A program made the position numbers and the translations under genes. Positions 1-9,166 of a stretch of DNA of 41,682 bases are shown here, in pieces. The notes under the pieces are model-generated. The model did no database searches. It was not told where the DNA came from and saw only the letters and a list, made by a program, of their open reading frames with translations. How positions within the stretch are numbered: the first letter of the stretch is position 1; each line of letters opens with the position of its first letter. This DNA is from Thermoleophilia bacterium (GTDB taxonomy: Bacteria > Actinomycetota > Thermoleophilia > UBA2241): NCBI GenBank assembly GCA_035517975.1, contig DATIYD010000239.1, forward strand, positions 1 to 41,682, written 5' to 3'.

Positions 1-926
1 GCGACCTCGAGGTCGATCTCGATGAACATCGGCGAGTTGCTGTGGAACGGCGCAACCGCATGTCCTTCGTCGTCAAGCACGCGGACAGCGGTGATCAGCA
101 GCTCTTCCGGTATGCCGAGCGGCCGCGGAAGGTCGAGCACCGCACCCGAACCAGCCAACTGCTTCGCGATGTACTTGTTCACGATCTCGCCCGGGGGGCC
201 GTCGGCAACGAGCTGGCCACCCTCGATCTCGACAACCCTCGTGCAGAGACCCCGCACGGCACCCATGTTGTGGCTCACCAAGAACACCGTGCGCCCCGAG
301 CCGGCAATGGCGCCCATCTGTCCCAGGCACTTACGCTGGAACGCAACGTCGCCCACGGAGAGCACTTCGTCCACAAGCAGAATCTCCGGCTCGAGGTGGG
401 CAGCGACCGCGAAGGCCAGTCGGACGTACATGCCGGTGGAGTACCGCTTGACCGGCGTGTCCAGGAACTCCGATATCTCCGAGAATTCGACGATATCGTC
501 GAACTTCCGACCGATCTCGGCCCGGGTCATGCCCAGGATGGCCCCGTTCAAGTAGATGTTCTCGCGGCCACTCAGCTCCGCGTGAAAACCTGTGCCGACC
601 TCCAGCAGGCTGCCGACGCGACCGTATATCTCTACCCGGCCCTTTGTCGGCTCGGTGATTCGGGTGAGGATCTTGAGCAGGGTGCTCTTCCCGGCTCCGT
701 TGCGACCGATGATCCCGACCACCTGGCCGGCATCGACGTCGAAGCTGACATCGCGCAGCGCCCAGATGGAACTCACGTTGCCGGTTGACGAACCGAGGTT
801 GCGGAGCCGCCGGATCGGCCGGGTCGCGACTTGGGTGATCGCATCGCGCAGCGTCTGAGCGCGCTGCTGTGCCGCACCGATCATGTACCGCTTGCCGAGC
901 CCGGAGATGCTGACGGCGGTGCTCAT
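1..926 (-). CDS. Polysaccharide-type ABC exporter ATP-binding protein (Wzt/TagH-like); C-terminus runs off the left edge
   Basis: Absent from the ORF track because no stop lies in the window. My minus-strand translation from ATG (924-926) reads MSTAVSISGLGKRYMIG. It contains GIIGRNGAGKSTLLK (Walker A), YSTGMYVRLAFAVA (Wzt/TagH-style signature), ILLVDEVLSVGD (Walker B) and LVSHNMG (H-loop), then continues into an extra C-terminal domain. ATGA overlap with the permease stop. Confidence 0.9.
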   Translation of the reverse strand, partial: MSTAVSISGLGKRYMIGAAQQRAQTLRDAITQVATRPIRRLRNLGSSTGNVSSIWALRDVSFDVDAGQVVGIIGRNGAGKSTLLKILTRITEPTKGRVEIYGRVGSLLEVGTGFHAELSGRENIYLNGAILGMTRAEIGRKFDDIVEFSEISEFLDTPVKRYSTGMYVRLAFAVAAHLEPEILLVDEVLSVGDVAFQRKCLGQMGAIAGSGRTVFLVSHNMGAVRGLCTRVVEIEGGQLVADGPPGEIVNKYIAKQLAGSGAVLDLPRPLGIPEELLITAVRVLDDEGHAVAPFHSNSPMFIEIDLEV

Positions 927-1783
927 ACCACGTCGGCGAACAGCCGTTCCATCCGCCTGAAGTAGTACAGCCCGGTCACGAACACGACGACCACCATCGC
1001 GGCTGAGAGCCAGAACAACGTACCCGGAGCGGTCTCACCCAGGAGGGCCCAGCGGAAGCCGCCGATGACGCCGGTCATCGGGTTGAGGTTGTAGATCACG
1101 CTCGGCCACCCTTTGGGGATCTTGCTCGTGGGATAGGTCACCGGCGACACGAAGAACCACAGCTGCACCAGGAAGGGGATGACGTACTGTACGTCTCGGT
1201 AGAGGACATACAGAGCGCTCAACCAAAGCGCAACGCCGAGCGCCGTGGCCAGAGCCAGCAGGACAAACAGCGGCAAGGTCACGACTTGCCACGGAGGGAC
1301 CACCCCATAGACGGCCATGAGCGCGGCGAGCACGAGCAGGCCGAGCAGGAAGTCCGGTACGGCGCCGAGCACGGCGCTCGCGGGTATGACGAGCCGTGGA
1401 AAGTAGACCTTCGTGATGAGGTTGGCGTTGCCCACGAGGCTCGCACCCGCTGCGGCGAGTGACCCGGAGAAGAGGTTCCAGGGGAGCAGACCGGTGAAGG
1501 CGAACACCGCGTACGGGACGCCGTACGCACCGCTGCCGACTCCCAGGAGCTTGTTGAAAACGACCGTGAACACCACCATCGTCAGGACGGGGTTCAGGAT
1601 CGCCCAGGCGATGCCGAGCACGGCTTGCTTGTACCGGATGAGGATGTTCTTCCATGTGAGGAAGTAGAGGAGCTCGCGATACTGCCAGAGCTCCTTCAGG
1701 CCCAGCCGGGCCCACCCCTTGGAGGGCTCGATGATCGTCGTAAGGCCGACGGGCGCGGGCCCCTGATCGGTCGCCAGCCCCAC
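923..1783 (-). CDS. ABC-2 type polysaccharide exporter permease (Wzm/TagG-like)
   Basis: Tail of ORF 923..1927. It has the LKELWQYRELLYFLTWKNILIRYKQAVLGIAWAILNP motif followed by about 6 hydrophobic helices. The longest ORF starts at 1927. I prefer GTG at 1781-1783, which is preceded by GGGGGAGA and gives a family-typical length. The start is uncertain. Confidence 0.85.
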   Translation of the reverse strand: MGLATDQGPAPVGLTTIIEPSKGWARLGLKELWQYRELLYFLTWKNILIRYKQAVLGIAWAILNPVLTMVVFTVVFNKLLGVGSGAYGVPYAVFAFTGLLPWNLFSGSLAAAGASLVGNANLITKVYFPRLVIPASAVLGAVPDFLLGLLVLAALMAVYGVVPPWQVVTLPLFVLLALATALGVALWLSALYVLYRDVQYVIPFLVQLWFFVSPVTYPTSKIPKGWPSVIYNLNPMTGVIGGFRWALLGETAPGTLFWLSAAMVVVVFVTGLYYFRRMERLFADVV

Positions 1784-2198
1784 CTCTACTGTCTCCCCCG
1801 TTGCCTGCTCGGGCGCCGCCAGCGCACAGTTGCGCAGCCGTGCTTGCTCCCCATGTCTGCCCGCATCGATCCCCCATGTCAGAGGCGTAGGTTCAAGACG
1901 TATAAGAATAGCCATCCGGCGGGCCACCGCACAACCGTGCCGCGTCGCCCGCGCCGACTACAAGAGCGCCGAGAATCGAGCGCAACGAGCCTGCTCACGC
2001 CGGGGTAGTGCAAGCCCTCGACCGATTTGACGGGCGGGCGAGCGTGACCCGCGAAAGGAGGGTGGCGATCGACCGACGGGGCGAGTAGAGTCACGGTCGA
2101 GACGCAGGCCAAGCCGGTCCGGACCTCGTCGGCGCGGCGCGTGCTGGTGTGGGCCTCGAAGAGACGGGACCGCGACTCTGTGGAGCCGCCCGCCGCAC

Positions 2199-2897
2199 AT
2201 GGGACACCTGGAACGCGTGAGATCGATCGGCCGGGACGAGCATCGCAGGCTCGTTGCCGTTGCGCGCTATGAGCGTAGCGTCTTTGTGAGCCGCCTGCTG
2301 GGTCGCCGGACACGTGTCGCTTTGACGATCGACACCGAACTGGGCTGGCACGACGCCGATGCGCTGAACGCGTCGCGCTTGCTGGACGTGCTCGCTGGCG
2401 AGCAGGTCTCGGCGAGCTTCTTCCTCACCGGAGCCTGGGTCAGTGCCAATCCCGATCTGGCCCGGCGGATCACGGCGTCTGGACATCTCGTCGGCAACCA
2501 CACGTTCGACCACCCGCCATTGCGCTCACTGACCGAGGAGGAAATCCGCGACACGGTGCGGCGAGCCGGGGAACTCATCGAGCGTACGATGGGAGTCGAC
2601 CCCCGACCCTGGTTCCGATGCCCTTACGGCGACGGCGCCGACGACCCGCGAGTGCGCCGCGTGCTGGAGACGCTCGGGTACCGACACGTCCCCTGGGACG
2701 TTTCGACCAAGGACTGGCTGGAGGGGCAGGAGCCGGAAGCGGTCGCGAAGACCGCTATTCGGGGAGCGATCGATGTCGGTGACGGCGCCCGCCTCCTGTT
2801 CCACAGCTGGCCAGACGCGACCGTGGGGGCCATGCCACAGGTCATCGCACGCCTGCGCAGGGCGGGTGCGTGCTTCGTCAGACTGGATGAGCTGTGA
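2199..2897 (+). CDS. Polysaccharide deacetylase (CE4 / NodB-homology domain)
   Basis: 232 aa. Contains LTIDTELGW (motif 1 position), GHLVGNHTFDHP (HxxxH metal motif) and RPWFRCPYGDG (motif 3-like RxPY). Confidence 0.8.
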   Translation: MGHLERVRSIGRDEHRRLVAVARYERSVFVSRLLGRRTRVALTIDTELGWHDADALNASRLLDVLAGEQVSASFFLTGAWVSANPDLARRITASGHLVGNHTFDHPPLRSLTEEEIRDTVRRAGELIERTMGVDPRPWFRCPYGDGADDPRVRRVLETLGYRHVPWDVSTKDWLEGQEPEAVAKTAIRGAIDVGDGARLLFHSWPDATVGAMPQVIARLRRAGACFVRLDEL

Positions 2898-2903
2898 GGT
2901 CAC

Positions 2904-2925
2904 CTCGGGTCGCGCCCGACCCGAG
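2904..2925. terminator. Candidate bidirectional hairpin between convergent genes
   Basis: ctcgggtcg / cgcc loop / cgacccgag forms a perfect 9-bp stem, 7 nt after the deacetylase stop. There is no U-tract. Confidence 0.35.
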
Positions 2926-2993
2926 CGCGAGACCCGGGCGAGAGCGCTCATCCGGGCCGCCACCCTCGTGCGCCCACGGGTCGAGCGTGACGC

Positions 2994-5084
2994 TCAGGGA
3001 TCGTAGGGCGACGGTGTGTAGCTGGTCGTGGTCCCCGTCCAGTTCGCCGTGAAGATTGGCGTCGCGGGGCGAGCTCCTGCGTCGAGGGAGCCGCTGACGA
3101 CGTTGCCGTAGTTGCCGGCGAAGACGTAGAAGCCGGTGCCGCAGTAAGTGTCCGTGATCGTGAGGTCCTTGCAGAACTCGGACTGGAAGCATTTGTCGAT
3201 CGGGTGCGTGCTCGTCGACCCCTTGAAGTAGCAACCAGTCACGCTGAAGTCGAGGTTCCAGAATCGATCGGGAATCGCGGCGGCTTGGGACGCGATCGGC
3301 GGATTGGAGCCGGCGACTCCGCCGAAGAACGTGGTCAACGAGTACGAGCGAGCGTAGTCGCAGATGTCCGCCGGGCACCAGAGGCTGTACTCGAAGAGGC
3401 AGTCCTGGAAGGAGTTGTCGTAGAACCCGTGGTCGACCCGCGACCAGTCGAAGTGCATGTTGTTCGCACCGCCGCTCGGCCGCGGGCCGTCCACGGCGTG
3501 CTCGGCGGGGGCCGGCTGGAAGAGCACGGTGCCGCCGAGGCCATAGCCGTCCACGCCACTGTGGTAGCCGTTCTTGACGCCGAAGTGGCACCGGTACCAA
3601 TGGTCGCCGTAGACGCGCCCCCCGCCGGCCCGACAGTCGAGCCAGATGTTCATCACGTTCCCGAGGCTGCCATCTGTCCCATCGACGCTGTTGGTGGACT
3701 GCGGTCGCTCGAACTCACAGTCGTACCAGTCCGTGTCGATCATGTCGTAGGTCTCGACCGGGCCCGACCAACGACCGCTGCCCCAGTTGTCCCCAAGGTC
3801 GATCAGCTGCGCGCCCGTGTCCGAGCCACCCTTGAATCGCACGAAGGAAAAGACACAGTGCTGCGAACCGTTCGCCCGAGTACATGCTCCCGCGGCGCCG
3901 CTGCCACGAGGCACCGGCTTGAAGTTGCATGTCACACCGGGAGTGTTCTGGCCTACGAGCAGGTCCTGGATGGTCGAGTAGCTGCCCCAGTCCATGCCAC
4001 GCGTACACTGCAGCCAGGTGCCGCCACCGCCGGCTACTGAGCTCTGATCCCAGATTCCCTGACCCGAGACGTTGATGTAGTCCGGCACGACAAACGTACC
4101 CGAGTAGGCGAACTTGCCTGCCGGGAACACGACAGTGGTGCCGGGACCGGCCGCGACTGCCTTGGCGACACAAGCATCGATCTGGGCCTTGGTGGCCCCA
4201 CCGGGCACGTCAATCACACCGCCGGCCGGCGCGGGGGGCGGCGTGGGCGGGTCCGACGGCGTGGGACTGACTGTGGGCGGATCCGACGGCGCAGGCGCGA
4301 CGGGATCCGGAGTGGGGGTGGGAGTGGCGTCGTGCTTCTTGCTGTCCTTCCACGCCTGCACGATCACCCCGGCCAAGCCGGCCACGGCCCGCCGGAGGTT
4401 GCGCGCGGCGATGCGCTGGACCGGGGCATCGAACCCATTCCGTGAGTAGTCGAGCACCAGTCTACGGTAGTCCCGATGGGCTAGAACAGCCGACGTCGCG
4501 GCACGCCGCGCGACTGAAGAAGAGATGCCCGAGACGGCGAGCCCCCGGGCCGCGCGGTTGACCCGATTGCCGTGCGCCCTGTTGAGCGCGCGCCTCACGC
4601 TCGCGTCGTATCGCGTCCTGAGCGTCCAGCCACGATGTGTCTTCAACTCGGCTCGGCAGCTGTCGGTGTCGATGGGATTGGACAGGTCGGCGAAGGTGTG
4701 AGCCAATTCACCGAACTTCCAGCTTGCGAGCTGAGTGTCGCCGGCCCGCAGCGCAGCGACCACGTCGGCGTAGTCATCAGCCACACTCTTCGCGGCCGAC
4801 CGCACACGAGCCTTGCTCCATCGCCCAGCCGAGTAGGAGACGTTGTCGGAGCCGAACGCTGCATCGCACCTGTTCGCGCGCGCCGCTGCGATCGGGCGGT
4901 CCAGCCATGTGATGCCCTGGGCCGCGGCGACAGCACTTGCCTTATAGAGTACCCACTGCTGTGCCGTCACTGGGCTGCGTCGTGCAGCGGAGGGCTTGCA
5001 CTGGGCGGTGTCGACAGAGAACGCGACCACAGCGCCGATGATCGCCGGAACCAGAGCGACGAGAATGACCTGCCGACGTGTCAT
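2994..5084 (-). CDS. Secreted/anchored Cys-rich protein: N-terminal signal-anchor, helical domain, Pro/Thr/Ser linker, about 400-aa C-terminal domain (probable parallel beta-helix; unknown family)
   Basis: 696 aa. ATG at 5082-5084 is preceded by AAGGGGTG. The N-terminus MTRRQVILVALVPAIIGAVVAFSV is hydrophobic, and the linker reads TPTPTPDPVAPAPSDPPTVSPTPSDPPTPPPAP. The C-terminal domain is colinear with the product of 6473..7864. Confidence 0.8.
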   Translation of the reverse strand: MTRRQVILVALVPAIIGAVVAFSVDTAQCKPSAARRSPVTAQQWVLYKASAVAAAQGITWLDRPIAAARANRCDAAFGSDNVSYSAGRWSKARVRSAAKSVADDYADVVAALRAGDTQLASWKFGELAHTFADLSNPIDTDSCRAELKTHRGWTLRTRYDASVRRALNRAHGNRVNRAARGLAVSGISSSVARRAATSAVLAHRDYRRLVLDYSRNGFDAPVQRIAARNLRRAVAGLAGVIVQAWKDSKKHDATPTPTPDPVAPAPSDPPTVSPTPSDPPTPPPAPAGGVIDVPGGATKAQIDACVAKAVAAGPGTTVVFPAGKFAYSGTFVVPDYINVSGQGIWDQSSVAGGGGTWLQCTRGMDWGSYSTIQDLLVGQNTPGVTCNFKPVPRGSGAAGACTRANGSQHCVFSFVRFKGGSDTGAQLIDLGDNWGSGRWSGPVETYDMIDTDWYDCEFERPQSTNSVDGTDGSLGNVMNIWLDCRAGGGRVYGDHWYRCHFGVKNGYHSGVDGYGLGGTVLFQPAPAEHAVDGPRPSGGANNMHFDWSRVDHGFYDNSFQDCLFEYSLWCPADICDYARSYSLTTFFGGVAGSNPPIASQAAAIPDRFWNLDFSVTGCYFKGSTSTHPIDKCFQSEFCKDLTITDTYCGTGFYVFAGNYGNVVSGSLDAGARPATPIFTANWTGTTTSYTPSPYDP

Positions 5085-5544
5085 GTCACACCCCTTGCTT
5101 TCGCAGCACCTGTTCGCCTCATCGCGGCGAAGACGCCAGGGCTGGTACCGACATCCCGCTCGGTCGGGCCTCGTCGAACGAGCCCCGGAGCGGCCGGAGT
5201 CGAGGGCTCGACGCGCCTGCTCGCTCTCGGCCCCTCAAACGTCGGCAGCAGGGTTCGGGGGATTAGGGCAGGGCGTCCATATGCGTTGACCATCCTGTAG
5301 ACGACACGGACGGCAGGGCGTGCGCTTGGAGCGGTCCGTGACGGCCGAACCCGTTGACCCGCGGCGCGGCTGGACGAACCTGCGAATGAGCTCTGGGCTC
5401 ACAATCGGGGCGCGTCAGAAGACGTGCGACGCACGCGAGAAGGCGCGGGCAGCTTTCGGGTCCGAAGAGAGGCAGTACCTCAACTCGCTTGCCGGCGGAG
5501 AAGTGGGCATTCCGCCGCCGGCCGCGGTGCGACGGCGGGACCCC

Positions 5545-6315
5545 CTACGGACGTCCGACGAACGGGTGGAGAAGGCGTGCGAGCCGGATGCGCAGCATCG
5601 ACCGCCGGTACGTGGCCGGGTCGGTCAGACGCACTGCCCTGAGATAGGCTCCGTCCTCGCCGAGTGCGGAGAAGATCCTGACCTTCTCACGAAGGTCACC
5701 GGAGGTCAGCCGTTTCGTGACACGGTCCGCGCCTTCGGTGTGGTAGACGCACAAAGCACGGTGAAGGTAGTACCGGCGAGCCCGTAAAGAGATCTTCAGC
5801 CACACCGTCCCTTCGTAGCCCGGCAAGCGCTCGTCAAACCGGAGATCTCCGAGCAGCTCCGTCTTGACGATGCCACAGAACTGGCCGGAACGTCGGACAC
5901 CGCCCGTTACCGGCAACCAGCAGTCGGTCGTCGGTCCGTACCCCGTCCATTCGCCCGTGACCGAATCGACACAGTTCGCGTTGACCGCGGTGGCGCCCGT
6001 CTCGTCGGCGCAGGCGAGCATGGCCTCGAGTGCGTCCGGTACCCACTCGTCGTCGGAGTCGAATGTCGAGAACCACTCCCCCCGGATATGCCCGAGGCCC
6101 GTGTTCTTGGCCGCGGTCACGCCTCGGTTGTGGGGGTGTTTGTATACCAGGATGCGCGGATCGTCGTAGCCCGCCAGTACCTCTGCGGACGCGTCGGTGG
6201 AGCCATCGTCGACGATGATGAGCTCCCAGTCCCGGTGGGTCTGCTTGAGCACGCTGTCGATCGCCCGCGGCAGCGTGTCGGCGCGGTTGTACGTCGCCAT
6301 GACTATGGAGATCAC
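5545..6315 (-). CDS. Family 2 glycosyltransferase
   Basis: ISIVMATYNRADTLPRAIDSVLKQTHRDWELIIVDDGSTD...FDSDDEW shows GT2 signatures, including a DxD-like DSDD. The longest ORF reaches 6420. GTG at 6313-6315 gives the family-typical N-terminus. Confidence 0.85.
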   Translation of the reverse strand: MISIVMATYNRADTLPRAIDSVLKQTHRDWELIIVDDGSTDASAEVLAGYDDPRILVYKHPHNRGVTAAKNTGLGHIRGEWFSTFDSDDEWVPDALEAMLACADETGATAVNANCVDSVTGEWTGYGPTTDCWLPVTGGVRRSGQFCGIVKTELLGDLRFDERLPGYEGTVWLKISLRARRYYLHRALCVYHTEGADRVTKRLTSGDLREKVRIFSALGEDGAYLRAVRLTDPATYRRSMLRIRLARLLHPFVGRP

Positions 6316-6472
6316 CGACCACCTGCCCACGTCTGAGTCGCCTCGGCTCGTGCGAGGCCTGGCGCGACTCCTGAAAGCATAGCAGACGCCTGCGCGCATC
6401 CGCGGACACCACCTCGGCACGCCGCTACCATGCCCGGCCGCGGCCGGGCATGACGAGGACTGCCCGCCTTCT

Positions 6473-7864
6473 CTAGCTGGTCGGGTCGAACGGAGACCGC
6501 GTGTACGACGTGTCGCTGCCGACCCACCCGACTCGGAACAGCGACGTCCTCGGCCTGTCGGCGTTCGAGAACGTGCCGGTCACCGAGTTGCCGTAGTGGC
6601 CGGCGAACACAGTCCAGCCGCCACCCGAGAACGAGTCGACCACCTCGAGATTCCTGCAGATCTCGGATTGCACAGTGCCGTATATCCCCGAGCTGGTGGA
6701 CCCCTTGAAGTAACAATACGCGATGCGCAAGCCGTCGAACCACATGGCCGACGGGATCGCGGCCGCCTGGGCCGTCGTCGGCGGGTTCGACCCGACGACG
6801 CCCCCAAATCGCGTCGTCAGCGAGTACGAGCGCGCGTAGTCGCAGGCATCCATCGGGCACCACAGGCTGTACTCGAAAAGACAACGGGTGAAGGTGACGT
6901 CGGAGAAGCAGTGCTCGACCCGGGACCAGTCAAAGCCCATGTCGACCGCGCGTCCGCTGGGCCGGGGACCATCGTCCGCATGCTCCGCCGGAGCGGGCTG
7001 GAACAGCACCGTGTTGCCGAGGCCGTAACCGTCGACGCCTGAGTGGTAGCCGTTCCTGACGCCGAAGTGGCAGTTGGTGAAACGCAGGTCCTGGACCCGA
7101 CCGCCGCCGCTGCGACAGTCGAGCCAGATATTGAGGATGCAGCCGAGCGCGGTGCTCCGACCCAGTACGGCATTCGTCGCCTGGGGCCGTTCGAACTCGC
7201 AGTTGCTGAACGTCGTGTCGACCATGTCGTATCTGCACACCGGCCCCGACCAACGGCCATTGCCGAAGTTGTTGCCGAGCTCTATCAGACTTGCTCCGGT
7301 GTCGGAGCCGCCTTTGAAACGAACGTAATTGAAGGTGACGTGATGAGACCCATTGATCCTCGTGTTACGACCCGCCGAGGAACTGCCCCGCGGGACGGGC
7401 TGGAAGGTCGACGACACACCGGCGGCGTTCTCGCCGATGAGCAGCTTCGAGACGGTGAGGTCGCTTCCCCAATCCATGCCGCGACATTCGAGCCAGGTAC
7501 CGCCACCGCCACCGGCCACACCCTGCCTCCAGATGCCGGCTCCCCGGACGTTGACGCCGTCCCTGGCCGTGAACCTGGCCTTGTAGACGAACTTCCCCGC
7601 TGGAAAGACGAGCGTGGTTCCCGGTCCATCCGCGACTGCCCGAGCCACCGCATGATTCACCTGCGCCTGAGTGGCGTGCGAGGGAACTCGGACGATCGCC
7701 GCCTTCGCCGAGAAGTCGGCCGTAGAACATGCGACGATCGGGACGGCCAACAGCACGACGAGGGCGGCTCTGATAGCAACCGTTGCGTGCGCCCTCCACG
7801 GGGAAGGGGCTGCCTGGCGGCGCAGGCCCTTCTGGCGTCTGCGTGGTCCCATGACAACCTCCAT
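6473..7864 (-). CDS. Lipoprotein paralog of the C-terminal domain of 2994..5084 (Cys-rich, probable beta-helix)
   Basis: 463 aa. The signal peptide has a lipobox-like LLAVPIVAC. The remainder aligns by eye along its whole length with residues about 290-696 of the 696-aa protein. Shared blocks include PGTTxVFPAGKF, GGGGTWLxC, MDWGS, VRFKGGSDTGA, NIWLDCRxGGGRV, NGYHSGVDGYGLGxTVLFQPAPAEH, CLFEYSLWCP and CDYARSYSLTT. Confidence 0.8.
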   Translation of the reverse strand: MEVVMGPRRRQKGLRRQAAPSPWRAHATVAIRAALVVLLAVPIVACSTADFSAKAAIVRVPSHATQAQVNHAVARAVADGPGTTLVFPAGKFVYKARFTARDGVNVRGAGIWRQGVAGGGGGTWLECRGMDWGSDLTVSKLLIGENAAGVSSTFQPVPRGSSSAGRNTRINGSHHVTFNYVRFKGGSDTGASLIELGNNFGNGRWSGPVCRYDMVDTTFSNCEFERPQATNAVLGRSTALGCILNIWLDCRSGGGRVQDLRFTNCHFGVRNGYHSGVDGYGLGNTVLFQPAPAEHADDGPRPSGRAVDMGFDWSRVEHCFSDVTFTRCLFEYSLWCPMDACDYARSYSLTTRFGGVVGSNPPTTAQAAAIPSAMWFDGLRIAYCYFKGSTSSGIYGTVQSEICRNLEVVDSFSGGGWTVFAGHYGNSVTGTFSNADRPRTSLFRVGWVGSDTSYTRSPFDPTS

Positions 7865-7984
7865 GACTCAGGTCGCGCTCATCGCAGGCGTTTCGAGCCG
7901 AGACGGCGACAAAGGCGAAGCGAGCACAACCGCCGGGCGATCTGGCAGTCACCTCGCCGCCACGCCCGGTCGGCGACCTGAGCC

Positions 7985-9166
7985 TCAGCCGCAGGCGCGA
8001 CAGAGCGGGTTCGTTCCCAGCACCTTGGCTTGCCGGAATTCCCGAAAGGGCTTGCCGAGCCAGACGTCATTGAAGCTCTGCCGGAACACGTTGCCCATGA
8101 CCGCCGCCCTGTCAGAGCCGAACAAGGCATTGCAGGGTGCCACGTCTCCATTGGCTCGCACGAAAATACTCTCCCACGGCTGCGTGCATCGGGGAAGCCC
8201 GATGGCGTTGGACAGTCGGACCAGCGGCCTGGGCCACGATGATCGCGCCAGGCCGGGCACTTCCAGACCCACGGTGGCGGCCAGGTCGAGCAGTTCCTCC
8301 TCTCGGATCGTGGACATCTCCGCTCCGGAGGGGCGCAGAGAGGCAGCAACGTCGTCGACAGCCTCAAGCCCGAGGAACGAAACCCTGTCGAAGCCAAGAC
8401 TTGCCGCCAAGAGGAGAATCTGCGGTATCTCGCTGTAGTTCGCGCTGCTGATCACTGTGCTCATCGACACGCTGAGCGTGCGGGCGCGACGCTGTTTCGC
8501 CTCAGCCACGAGGTCACCGACCAGCTGCTTCCAGCTTTCGAATCGCGCTCCGAGTCGACAGCTCTCGAAGGTCGATTCCGTGGCGCCGTCACAGGAGATG
8601 ATCACACGATGAATGCCATCGCGCGATAGTATTTGTTCACGTGCCTGAGATGTTAGTAATGTGCCATTCGTAATGAAATCGCACGGTATTCCGCGCCCTG
8701 CAAGAATATCGGCTAAAGAAAAGAACTCAGGATTGACCAGTGGCTCACCAACGCCGCTGAGCCTCACGAAGGCCGGAGTGAACGGGAGCCAGTCGACGAT
8801 GGCCCGAACATCGCTGGAGGAGAGATGTTGGCCGGAGCTGGTCTCTCGCGAATGCGAACAGGTCGGGCAACGAAGGTTGCACTTGTTGGTTGCTTCGATC
8901 TGTATCGTAGTAGGAATGCGTCGTGGGCGCCCGGGATCGAGTCGGACCGCCACTCGAAGAGGAATACGGCGCACCTGCCCCGCGCGTGCGCGCAAGAGTG
9001 GCGGCAGCGTCAACCGACGCGTCCTCCACAGTCGAGCCGGGCTGGGCGGGACCCCTCGCTCTTGGCATGCTTCGTTCGGCCCCAGCTCAGCGTGTTCGTC
9101 GCTGGTGCCCGAGCTGGTCGGCTGAGCGACACAGGCGAGGTTCCGCGACTCGTCCATGCCGGACAT
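7985..9166 (-). CDS. Radical SAM enzyme with C-terminal SPASM/twitch-like Cys motifs
   Basis: IEATNKCNLRCPTCSHS carries CxxxCxxC. The C-terminus has CTQPWESIFVRANGDVAPC (GxxxxC) and ends in PLCRACG-stop. The longest ORF starts at 9307. ATG at 9164-9166 (MSGMDESR) or 9155-9157 is more plausible. Confidence 0.8.
   Translation of the reverse strand: MSGMDESRNLACVAQPTSSGTSDEHAELGPNEACQERGVPPSPARLWRTRRLTLPPLLRARAGQVRRIPLRVAVRLDPGRPRRIPTTIQIEATNKCNLRCPTCSHSRETSSGQHLSSSDVRAIVDWLPFTPAFVRLSGVGEPLVNPEFFSLADILAGRGIPCDFITNGTLLTSQAREQILSRDGIHRVIISCDGATESTFESCRLGARFESWKQLVGDLVAEAKQRRARTLSVSMSTVISSANYSEIPQILLLAASLGFDRVSFLGLEAVDDVAASLRPSGAEMSTIREEELLDLAATVGLEVPGLARSSWPRPLVRLSNAIGLPRCTQPWESIFVRANGDVAPCNALFGSDRAAVMGNVFRQSFNDVWLGKPFREFRQAKVLGTNPLCRACG

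Noticed and set aside
22-788. Plus-strand ORFs 22..555 and 42..788 at the left edge
   Set aside because: The minus strand here encodes an unambiguous ABC ATPase with Walker A/B, signature and H-loop motifs. It is missing from the track only because it has no in-window stop.
5085-5544. Plus-strand ORFs 5320..5787 and 5424..5642 in the gap between the GT2 and the 696-aa protein gene
   Set aside because: They have no motifs, overlap the GT2 3-prime end in antisense, and show weak coding bias. The region is more likely the untranslated spacer and promoter for the downstream minus-strand gene.
8598-8740. Mobile element or insertion sequence at the low-GC patch
   Set aside because: The reading frame of the radical SAM gene is uninterrupted and the patch encodes conserved core residues. 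There are no flanking direct or inverted repeats and no transposase. It is reported only as a compositional anomaly.
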